A DNA stretch of 64,000 nucleotides from Balanoglossus misakiensis (lineage: Eukaryota; Animalia; Hemichordata), in NCBI GenBank assembly GCA_040954595.2, contig CM082584.2, positions 13,199,337 to 13,263,336 of the forward strand, in the 5' to 3' direction. Positions 1 through 26,800 of the stretch are shown one piece after another. The translations under genes were made by a program, and so were the position numbers. The notes under the pieces are model-generated. The model ran no database searches, was not told the origin of the DNA, and saw only the letters and a list, made by a program, of their open reading frames with translations. Positions within the stretch are counted from its first letter, which is position 1. Each line of letters opens with the position of its first letter.

Positions 1-15036
<15,036 letters not shown>

Positions 15037-16462
15037 TCGTCTTAAGCTCTCTTACACCATCGGTCGATGTCCCCGATCAAAACTGTGGCAAACAAGTTAA
15101 AAGTCTTTCTGCTTCGAATTCCGTGTACTTGGTTAGTGTCTGTCAGATATACACCATTACGAGCTGAACTGGTCGAGTGAATGACTTCTCTGTCGAGTCT
15201 TTTCTGTGCCCTGCCCATTCAAATACTCCTTATTCTTGTGCAAATGCGCGGTTAACAAAAGACTCTGTTTTGGTTTGCCTTTGCGCAGTAGGCCTACTTG
15301 CTATTCTATTCAACACTGGTTGGAGTAGAGGTAGTTTCGTGGCCACTTTTGTTTTTTCTTCGCGGGGGGGCAATCCGATATATACGTGAAGACTTTGATT
15401 TTCGAGGTGCATGGAACATGCAGTCAACAGTAAAGCAAACCGCAATGATGACGTGCTTTTCAAGAGTTCACAGTAGCCATATTATACAGTAGTTCGCAGG
15501 TGTATGAAATATGCCATTCATAATAAAACAATTATCACAATTAGATTGATCATCATTATCTAACCGCATACCCCAGTTTTCTATTGTTTGAAAATATGAT
15601 ACATGTCCAAGCAGATCGGTCACAATCGTTCTCCTCTATCAAGGAATGCGATCATATGCCTGGTAGGCACTTTAATTAGCGTACTTGGACTTTACGATCA
15701 ATGGTTTATGAAAAGGAACAAACTGTTTGGACAATGCCAGCTTGGTAAATAACACTAACAAGTTATTAAGCTAACATAAAAACAAATGATCAGCTGTTTT
15801 TTAGTGTGTCGTTGGTGGCGTGATAGACATCTCCAGCACTGACAATCAACGGTATCCTGGTGACGAGTTCCTGTTCAACATGCACAGCAGACCTCTTGAA
15901 TTATGCCTTGTGATAAGTATTTTATTACTTCACAAAATTCTCGACAATATGCCGGGTGTAGAAAATTACTACAGCCACAATTCATTGCATTTGAAGAGCG
16001 CGGAACTTAACCATCCTTGAAAGAAAGAAATGGCATGTTTGTTCTGGATCCTGGGGTCGATAAATAACATCAGTGAAAATATCCAATTTATGTCTTGTCA
16101 CAAAGATGTAAAGCTGCCCTATTTAGGATGCTATATGCGTGAACTGAAAGTATCTAATTCAGAGTATAATTTATGTAAATAGTATGCTTGAATATTTTCA
16201 TGGGACTAATAACATAGATGGTGGTGATTAAATGTAATGAGGAGAACCATGGGATACCAATCACTTGGTAACATTTCTTGTGTGTATAAAAGTGTGTTCA
16301 AATTGCAAAAGTTCTAAGCCTTCCCTGATTGCACAGTTCATTTTTCAGCAGCTGCCATTATTGTTGATTCCAAAGTTCCAGGACAAACATGTAACACCTC
16401 ATTTGGATTGTGTTTGGTGGTAGGCTGGTTCTTCAGCTCTTCAGTGCATCAATTCAACGGGA

Positions 16463-19400
16463 TTACACTTTATTGAATGCCACCACATCCATACTTTGAA
16501 TCTGTAAAGAACAAGAGACATGCAGCAGAATAAAAATCTGATTAAACAGAACTGCTACAAAAATATTGAATCACTTTCAAACACTGTAAATTTTATACCT
16601 TGTCCATTCCACTTACCAAATCCTCAAATTTTTCAATTTCTTCTTCGAGGAAGTCAGTGCCAATCTTGTCGTCCTCCACAACACAGCTGATTTGCAGTTT
16701 CTTGATGCCGTACACAACAGGAATCAATTTTGCTGTGATTTAAAGAAAAGAAAATACAATCACAGAATTACAGTTATCTTTTTATTATTCTCATGGACAT
16801 TTGTAACCACAAATACAATTGGCTACTCAGCTGGTGTTTGATCGATTTGGGCTTCATCTAGCCAATACAATTAATGCTAATACTTACAAGCTCCCCATAA
16901 AAGACCGTCAGCTTCAATTGATCTCACTTTGGATTCAAGGTCTCCCATGTCTAGAGAAGAATTTGATGGAATAAATTAGTTTGGATGGAATCATCACAAT
17001 TATGCAAGCATATGCCAGATGAGGAGGGTGTATCTCAGTAAAACAGAATAACAAAACCCCAAAACTATGCCAAAATAGCTGAATAAAAATCCTACCAGTT
17101 TCATCGTCAAGCTGAAAAGAGAGATGAAAAAAATATTTGGATTAATTTTGTGTACTTTGGATAGTTTTATTCAAACTTAAATTTTTACACTGAAGACACT
17201 CACTGATGAACTTTTGTGCAAAAATTGAAACAAAATCACAGTGCATAATTGACACTTACTGGTTTAACGTCCAAAATGATGTTAGACTTTGCCACAGGAC
17301 CTGGGCCCTCTGTTAAATTAAGAACAAGAAACAAATTTAAACATTGATACTGTTAGTTTTGTACTATACGTAACAATAACCCCATCATTTGTGAAACGAC
17401 ACGAGTTTCACACTCACTTTTGGCCTTTTTCTCTGCATACTCCTTCAGTCTTTGTTCTTTCAGTTTTGCTGCAGCTTCTTCTTCCTGTTTTTGTTGTTGT
17501 TGAGAAAAACAAAGAAAGACTTGTAAGCAATAAACGATAGACAAATGTACTCGAAAAGTATCCCATAGCAGGAAATAGAAACTTGTTTCCTGCTGCAATG
17601 AGTGTGGCAAAGAGACTCCCGAAACCACGGACAACAAACTTGCCTCTGCATCAGAGCCAAACAGATCAATATCATCATCGTCATCATCACTATCTTCATC
17701 ATCATCTTCTTCCACTTTCTTGGACTGAAAAAGACAAACAAAACAAAAATCATCACTTATGCCAAAACACAGCCATGAAGCAGTTTTGAATGTCCAAAGC
17801 AGACATTCACAATTAAAATATTGATGAGAATGATGCTACCCAAAACTTACTGGTGCGGCTGATGGTGCTTGTGCTGCAGCAGCAGATGCAGTTGTTCCAC
17901 TTTTCTCCAAAGCTGCCACTTTCTGCTGCAGTTTGGAAACAGCTGACTGTAAATCTTGAGTAACTGTAAAAAACAAAAAGTCTCAATCTGGTTATATGTC
18001 CAACACACACACACTAACAAACATACATATATACATGCATACATGTACAATACAAGTATATAATTCTCCAACCTTGTCTCAAGTCTTGGTTTTCCTTCTC
18101 CACAGCAGACAGTCTGGATTTCAGTTCACCAACTAGATTATTTTCAACGGCCAGACCTACAGCCAGTCCTGTACCCTAAAGAAAAGAAAACAAAGCACAA
18201 ACATTGGAATTACTACCTTGTCTCATACTTTCACACAGTGTTTTGCTGTTACACCAATCAATGGGGCAAAGACAGTGTTCGTTTGCATAATCATAAACCT
18301 TAGAAGAAATGCATGATTCTGGTCACACTGGTTTGACATCACACTGCAATGAAAGTCACATAACATCACAAGGCCCATCACGGTCAGAATGTTTTTTAGC
18401 CATGCATGCATGCAGGGACTATACGAACCATTACCATAGAAATAGCAAAGAAGTATATACAGTACTTGACAGTCATAGGTTAATCAAGTCAGTTTGTTTG
18501 GAAAACAGGAACAGTGGATGTGCACATACCATTTTTGAATGTGATGTTACATGTAATATTAGAAAGATACCAAATTCATCCAGTCTTTCCTTCATGATCA
18601 GAGATAATGATTATAAAAGAAGCAAAGTTTGGAGGCATGTCATATGTTGTTATTACAACTTTTACCGATGAAAGACAATGTACTGTAATACTACTCCACT
18701 GAGGATATCCCAATGTTGTACACAGACACCAACAACAGTATTCAGGGTAGAATAAGACCAACCATGCACACATGTACAAACTTAAACTGTACACCACCGA
18801 CACAAAACAAGACAACATGGTACATCTACAGGACACAGACAGCCTCTAGGGAGAAGAATACAAAATTTTATTTTGCCTGTTGAAAATTATTGCTTCAGTT
18901 TTATAGCCAAATTATGATAAATTTAAAGTAAAACTTTGTGTGTGAATGATAAAGTTCAGAAGTCAGAAAGATGGTGTACTCACACCAGATGTGCTTAGTG
19001 TGTTTTGGATATTCTTACGGACTCTGGCAATTTCCGAGACGAGGCTACTTGGTGAGCCCTAGAAGGCAATCCATAAGAAACAAAAAAATATACAGTTGAT
19101 AGAAGACACAGAAATCACATACAGTGAAATTTAACCCTTTCACCTACAAATCATTGGTCCAGGCCTAGTGCTTTTAAATGGTCAGGTAGGACCCATACAC
19201 TGTAAAATGGGGGTGAAAAGGTTAAAAGACCAGTGTGAATAATGAAGTGTTAGTTGGTTGGTACACACACAGTCGTGAGAGACAGGTCATCATGAAGAGA
19301 ACCGTTACCAAAGCAAGAATCTAAGGTCAGAGGTCAACCAGCCTCCTACCAACTAAGGGGAGCCCAGCCCACTTTACTGCTGGCATGACATTGCAACCAC

Positions 19401-21575
19401 TGGATGCAGGGAGTGTGTTATATGGACTACAGCAATTGTGTGCATGTGGTGTGTTTGCACAGACATCTAACCATAATTGCAACAGATTCCTAGACTGATA
19501 GAGAAGAGAATTTAAGCACACACACACGACACATACACACACGCACAAGACATGAATTCCTATCATCATACAGCAATATTTTCATTCTTTGCATTCTTAC
19601 AGACAAACCCAGGCATTAATATTTCTAACCAGAGTATCATTTAATGAACTTCTTTACAGTAAAACGATATCTTTGATAATCTAAACAAATCTATATAAAC
19701 TATATAAAATGGAATATAACGAATCTGTGTAAAATATATTTTAATATATAACTTCCACATACATAAACAATACATGTACAACACCAACATTGCTTTTTTA
19801 GTGTATCTAGAGCACACTACATGAAAAGACACTGAAAACAATGTTGCACAAATATGGCAAGTACTGATAAATTGGCAAATAAACATTAAAGACATCTTAA
19901 TGCTCATTCAATCAAGACTTCTGATTGTGGACAACACTGACAGTTTTGATGACATGTAAACAAAAATAATTTCAGAAATACATACATGTAAATGGCTCTA
20001 GTACATTGAAAAGAATAACTGAACTTGTAAGGTAAATTGGTAAGGCATTTTTTTTAAAATGCTAAAGTTTATACTTTAAAACAACTTCCATGTGGAAACA
20101 GAAAAAAAAAGACTCAACCCGTTTTGTTGACAAGTTCTATGAAAGTAGTTACTTCATACTGTCGCTGAGAGTATTACAAGATACCTTAAAGAGTTCATGA
20201 GATTCTGTAACTGAGTTTCTTGACAAATCTTCCTTTGATTTTTACTTTGTAGGAAAAGTAAACATTTTGACAAAAGAATTTCTTTTTATTCTCCACAGCT
20301 TTTGGGGGATCCAAATACGGCAGTGTCCCACTTCCTTTGGTAAAAACAATAAAATGTACATTTCCTGAGATACACAACATTTTACCCGTTTCTGGTAAAC
20401 AACACAACAAAAATATAACATGCTCAATAAAACGTTGTGCAATGTTTTCAGAAACAGTGGCAGTGGGTAAGTCTTTTGTGTATTCATCTGATGTTTTCAT
20501 GTTTTCCTGACAGATGCTCTGTCTCATTGTGCTTTGGTGGTTTTCTGGTATCCTCTCCTCTTGGCCTCTGTAGAGGACGCTGCAAGATAACCATATCAAC
20601 ACAAAATACCCATGTTAACAAAATTATAGTCTACAGATAAAAAAAAATTCTCTTGTATTGAAGGAGTCCAGTGCTGTTGTATTAATCGGATTAATAGAAA
20701 ATTCAGTAAAACTTTGATCAAGTAAGATGGCTGCCAAAATCTATCTCACAAACTGGGATATCTTACCTGTCTCATAGGATACACCTCTACATCACAGACA
20801 CGACACTGCTGGCTGGCGTTCGCAAAGCTTTGGGCACTCATCCAGCGATGATTACAGTGTGAACATCTAAAGCTACCAAAACAGCGTTTTTTCCCTTGAT
20901 ATGGCGTCAGGCCTTTCCCTTTATTTTTCTGCATTGTGCAAATGTAATGGGATAAGACAATGACTTGTATTTTGTGAAGATACCACTTCCCTTTACATGC
21001 CTTTTAAAGATAGTTCCCCTGATGTTGTATCTTGCATGTGTTGAGCTGTCATGCATGGCGAAGTCTGTGCCAGTGCACGGTTGCAACACCAACATCAAGA
21101 CGACACAACTGTTTAATATGCAACTGCATATTAAACAGGATTGCTTCATTTCGTGGTACATAGCTGTGAAATACAGCTATGCTACAGGTATTCTTGATAC
21201 AGAGAAATTTTCCTTTATGGGCCAGTACAGGGTGTGTAGCTTGTAGGGCAGGTACAGCCATGATATACACTGTCACACCTCTGAAGCAGGCCTCTATAGT
21301 CTACAGAGGTACATGGAATAATTTTCCTTCATATATACAGTATTTGATGGAATCACAGTGATATGACACACAACAATGCATACACTCTCTCCATTTTCAC
21401 ACAATTTCTCTCCACATATCATCATGGCAATGGAAACTCACAGAGATACAAGTAAACAAACCTCAACAACTAGTCCAGCGTGCTGACTCGCCAACTTCTC
21501 TTGGTAAACTCTCTCCGCATCCTCAACCCGATGTTTATCAAACCAGATGGATTCAAGCAACAATGGATGTCCCAT
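16463..21575 (-). CDS. EEF1D: Elongation factor 1-delta (eEF1B-delta), 278 aa
   Basis: Coding exons 21462-21575 ([26 protein letters not shown]), 18984-19058 ([13 protein letters not shown]), 18073-18175 and 17851-17963 (leucine zipper), 17644-17724 (acidic DDIDLFGSD), 17418-17484, 17260-17309 ([11 protein letters not shown]), 17096-17111, 16888-16950, 16617-16732 ([30 protein letters not shown]) and 16463-16501 ([11 protein letters not shown]). Total 837 nt with consistent phases. Confidence 0.95.
19131..19225. mobile_element. Tiny piggyBac-type non-autonomous element (MITE relic) in an EEF1D intron
   Basis: TTAA-ccctttcacc ... ggtgaaaagg-TTAA: TTAA duplication plus 10-bp CCC-starting TIRs with 1 mismatch. 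Confidence 0.6.
20484..20928 (-). CDS. ZCCHC24-like 3CxxC zinc-finger exons nested in EEF1D intron 2
   Basis: Exon 20767-20928 (phase 0/0): [54 protein letters not shown]. Exon 20484-20579: [31 protein letters not shown]. Closely resembles the ZCCHC24 C-terminus ([30 protein letters not shown]...VYPHKQRPL). Confidence 0.8.
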
Positions 21576-22071
21576 GGCTGTAGAGCAAATGTTTTAGAAT
21601 GTGAAGATTACTCATTTCAGAACATGGACATCCAAGGCAAATTAATGTTCGTCCGACTTTGCTTTCAAGTGTCATCCTGTGTACTTTAGCCAAGAATTCC
21701 GATGTCGATGTCCCATATGGACTTCAATGGTACATACTACATCTAGTTGAGGTTGGTGGGCGAACATGAAATACTGCTCAGAGATTTGGATTGGAATATT
21801 TACTGTAAAGCTCTCACACTGGGTATACCCACTGTCCCAGTAACAACATCGAAATCGTTTCGACTATGTTTCTACACAAGCAAGTGTACGTGAGGCATGT
21901 CAATTTCGTCGTGTGTACCATGTGCAATGGATATTGCAGTTTCGTCTCCATTTCTTTCTGTTTACTTGCAAAAATTTCCACACAGAAATATTCTCCACGT
22001 TGTGTCTACTACTTTATTGTAACAACACACTCTTAATTGTGTCTGAAAAGAGCCAGTGTAGTACAATTTAC

Positions 22072-22133
22072 CTGTTTTGTGAAGGACCGACTTTGGCAGA
22101 CAAGTGTACAGCTGTAATGGCTGACGAAAAAGG
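22072..22133 (-). promoter_or_regulatory. EEF1D: EEF1D non-coding first exon starting with a 5'TOP/TCT oligopyrimidine tract
   Basis: The minus strand reads tCCTTTTTCgtcagcc...aaaacag|gtaaat. TOP starts are typical of translation-factor genes. The next acceptor (ctctacag) lies 2 nt before the ATG at 21575. Confidence 0.7.
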
Positions 22134-23851
22134 ACACATGCGGGTCGACAGCCTCGTTTTCAGTTTTATTAGGTAATATCTCCGAGCCCAGAATCTAACA
22201 GAACTTTATTATATTCACTTTAAAATAGGAAAAATGTTATACAATCCTAACGGAGAAGAAAATACCCTGGTATTTCTGCATTTTAGGAAGGCAATTCAAA
22301 TGCATATAAATGTTGACCTGACTTGACCCTTGACTCGGGTCACGACCTTATATGCACCGTTATTTGACTGCCATCACCACACGAACCCTTGAATTTTTAA
22401 CCCTTTTTGTTCTGTTTTTCTTTCAAGATTTGTTTTACTTCAATCTACTACCGTTTAATATAATGTGCATAGCAATCGTTGTTCGTATCGAATGTGTTAA
22501 AAATAAATATTTAGCGTTGAAAACAATCAATATCAAACACAAGACATCTTGATGGTTAATGTGTTGAAATATTTATTGGTAAATACTGACAGTAACAGTG
22601 AATTTGTTAACATGTCCAGCATACAGGTGTATTTGTACGCATCTCAAGCAACCCTCCCAAAAGTTACATATTTTTATCTTACTGTAAATCTGATGTAAAA
22701 AAAAACATGAAATGATACAGAATTGGCTAAACTTCACTGAAAATGTTTGCTGTTTTACTGTAGCAGACAGTTACTAGACTCCACTGCATGTTCTAGGAAG
22801 TATGAAATGTGATTAAAAAAAGAATTGCTGAAAACTACAAATCTCAGCCAATTACTGACAGATGTGAAGGGTCATCAAATTGCTGTTTCACATAGTCTGG
22901 AATCAAGACGTTATATGAGGACTCTCATTCCTCTAGTGGAGAAACATCTTTATTGTAAACCAGGATTGCAATTGTAAGAAAATTTGCAGGAAAGGGAATG
23001 AAAATGCACTTCGGACTGAAATACTCAGTGAGAAATACATGGACTTTGTATCATGGCCTGCAACACTACGTTTGAACAAAGCTTGGAGAATGCATTCACA
23101 CACATACACACAAAGTTAATAAATCTCTCTCTTTGTATGAAGAATTGCTTGTCAACTCAGCTAGAGTAATTAGCAGAAATTTTGCACAGAATGTGGTTCA
23201 GATAAGATCAATTTAATCATAAGAAAATTTTCACACAATCATACATTACTGCACATATGAACTTCAAAATGATGTCTCAGAATTTGTTCTGTACTTCTTA
23301 GAGTTAAAATCACTCGAACTGAAACAAACAACAAAAATTGATAACTGTATGTGAAAAACTAATTTGTCTTTCAAAATCTGAGAGTTCTGCTGAGACTATA
23401 CATGTTTACATGTATATGTTTATCTACATTGTAGAAATAATCCCCATCTTGTTTGTCTTTCATAGATATGTCTATCTAGAGTTTTCTAGATATGTTCACC
23501 TGGGTATACATCAATGCAGATATATTCTATGCCCTTCGATATATACATATCCATCCAGATATATTCACTCTAAACATCCACGTAGATAAACACACATCCC
23601 AATACTCATTCATCTTGAGAAACCATGTCATGTCAATACAGGAATGGAGACTGATGAATATTCGGACCAAGAAGCAAGTATTCAACTGTCTTGAAAGCCA
23701 TCAATTTGCTATTTGAAATGTCTTAAACCTACAATGATCTTGAATCATTTATTTGTTCATTTGCAAGAGTTACATGTGAATTGAATAATTATTATAAGTA
23801 AATGAGAAACTAATGCCCCTCTCTTCATTTCAGTGGAATACACAGAGACTA

Positions 23852-26800
23852 TTATTGCAGTTCTGCCAGAACTTTTTGTAGTTTAGTTGCATGATCTTTG
23901 AGTTTTGGAAGTGACTCCGAAGACGTGGTGTCCAGTGCTTTCGTCATCTCTTCCCGGATTTCCGTGGACAGTACAGCAGTCTGGCCTTTGTCTGCAAGAA
24001 ATGTGGAACAACATTCTGTTGAGATGTGAACTACAGATCAGAGATTATAGCTAGGCAAGTTTACATGAAATTCAAGATGACTCTTTCAGTGCTGTGCTAT
24101 TGCCTCGATGGCCAGTCAATATACGTATACTATTTACCTTTCAGTTTAATTGTTATCTTCTCTAAGACATGGACCACATCAAGTTTTAAAGCACCATATT
24201 TAGTGTAGCCTGCAATAAACAAAATAATTGTAGTCAGACTTCAGTTTTCATACACACCTCCATGTGATTCCTGTTACCCGTTGAACCCTGACCCCCTGGT
24301 GACCTATGACATAGACTGAAATATTCTGCTCTTCATTCAAAGCATGATGAAAACACACTTACCTAAACATTTGCAGAGTGGAGGAATAGCTTGGTGAAAT
24401 AAGTTACTTAAAATGTTAACTTCAGCCTCAGCGAGACTCGTTTCCGTGTCCAACAAACATAACCTGTGAAATACAGCCAACCGGATAGAAGAAATTGGTA
24501 AAATTATGTCTCATCTTGCAGGGTACTGCCAAATCACAGAGAAAAAGCTCCCAAACATAGACTAATGTCCCTAGAAAGAATACTTTTGGATACATCTATT
24601 AAAGGTGAGAATGAAAAATAATTTTGAATGTTGCAAGTTCTATCTGTTTATATACTAACCTGTCTACAAAGATTTCCATGGAGTTGATAATTTTACTTTG
24701 TATATTTATTGTATTCACTTTGAGACCATCGCTCAGCAACTTGCAAAATTCTTCTTGATAGGTGTCTGGAAAAGAATATAACACACACATGGTATGAGCA
24801 AACACAGTATGTGGTAGTATAATGACTTCTTGTGACACTCAGCACAACACAGACATAACAATCATATGACTTACTTTGTGTTTCTTTGCTGCTTGGCCAG
24901 GATTTACCCAGACACTCAAATGCACAAGATTTCAAATTCAACAAATTTTCTCTGTCTTTTCTTGTCAGGTCTTCTTCCTCTTCATCTTCCTTTTCACTCT
25001 CTTTTTTCTTCTTTATAAAGAAATGTCAAAAAGGAAGTATACAACTTAATGAAACAGGCTCTGGTTTGGCACATGCTCATAAGACGAATGTATCCCTTTA
25101 AATTTTACACGAACAAATGACAATGCTGTCTGGAGTGGATTTTCAACACCCAAGCACATATCACCCACCTTTGTCACAAGAGGAAACAGAATTTCACTGA
25201 TTTCTGTAAATTTATCCACTTCCTGTGCTTCTACAATGGCAGCCAAACAGTGGAGGGCAGCCGTCTTGTACTCCACTTTTTCCTTCTTACACTCCTTGAG
25301 GAGGGACGTAAACACCTCGTTCATGGTTGGTTGGTCTTGTGCATTTTCTGGGGGGCTTTGGAGAGATTCCCTATGGTTAAAATAAAGCATGGCATAATAT
25401 AATTACTACCAATGATTTCAAAATTGCATGTGATAGCATCTGTAAGATACATGCAGATAATTATAAATAATCATACAACTAACATATTACTCACTTGCAT
25501 GAAACACATATAGACTGGACCGCCTTCAGCAAAGATTCCTGCAGGGGAGAGAAATTATCAGAAGTTAGCTCAAACTGATGAAGATGGTCTGGCTACTGTC
25601 GATCAACTTCACTCCGGCTGCACACAACTCCAACTGATGACATCACTACACCGGAAAATATAAAGCTTGGAGAAGAGTCCACATTATGCTATACGCAGAA
25701 TCAGATGTACAGATAAAAGGGAAGGCAAAATATTCTTACTTTTCCTTCCCAAGTTCTTCCACTAAGTCCCTTCAAGAGAGCTCCAAGTAATCTCCCAAGA
25801 TGAGGAGGTTTCAGGGTGGATCCTAATTTTGTAGCTATTGTACTCATAGCGGACGCAGCCTGAGCTTTCATGTGCCACGACTGGGACTCCAACATCTGTT
25901 CTGTAATCTCTACAATCTCTGCCAGGTACAACCTTATACCGCCCTCAGTGCCAGGAGTGGAGTCTAACCAGACTTCCTCCCATACTGTCTGTCGATCAGT
26001 GTCAACTGAAATATGAACATATAGGTATTGCAGACATTGTCATTTAAACCTTCCCCAAGTCAAACAAAACAACTGAAACACTAGGGGTAAACCAAAATAC
26101 AATGTTAAAGTAAACAGGGGTTAATAAGCCTCACCTTGTTCTGGTTTCTTCTCATGCATTGCTAAGAATGCTAATGGTAGCGCTGTTGCACCGTGTCTCT
26201 TGAGGATATCAGGGGCCTGTCTGGCCATGGCTTGCAGAGTCAAACCGCAGGCCACTCGTATGTTCTCATCTTCCTTCTCTAGATACCATGTCTTCAGTTT
26301 GGCCACCAGTTTCTCTGTGCTGCTGTCCCTGGCCACTTTCACCATGTGACCCAGAGCTGTTGCATAGGATTTACGCACTGCTGGGCTTCTGTCGCTAAGT
26401 CCATTCAGCAATGCGCTCATTAGTTTGCCTGAAAATCAACATGAAAGGACTCAGTCCCATCTTTTAACACACTACTTTACTATCAGTGCTTAGAGCAACA
26501 ACTGTAATATGGTTTGAGGAAAGAATATAACATTACATGTACCTGCAAATGGTTGTAAATCCTGGGAACATTGATGAGTTAGCATGATGATGAAATTGGA
26601 ACAACCAGCCTTTGTACCCACACCAATTCCACTCCGAATAAGCTCTGTAAGTCTTGGCACAAGTTCAGGAAGCACTGTATTGTCTACATATTGCACACAC
26701 TGTAACAGAACAATAACCATACATCAGCATGCTGTAGTTGAGGATGGAAGACATTGGCTAACTCAAAGTACAGTACCTGTAACATGCTATAAATTCACAG

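Noticed and set aside
16951-17259. snoRNA or a Trp-encoding alternative microexon in short EEF1D introns
   Set aside because: No properly ordered C and D boxes with a terminal stem, and no WDDET-coding segment seen.
18530-18595. Possible alternative EEF1D first exon [12 protein letters not shown]...SKM|gtatgt
   Set aside because: Phase-compatible, but there is no homology or promoter evidence and it could easily arise by chance.
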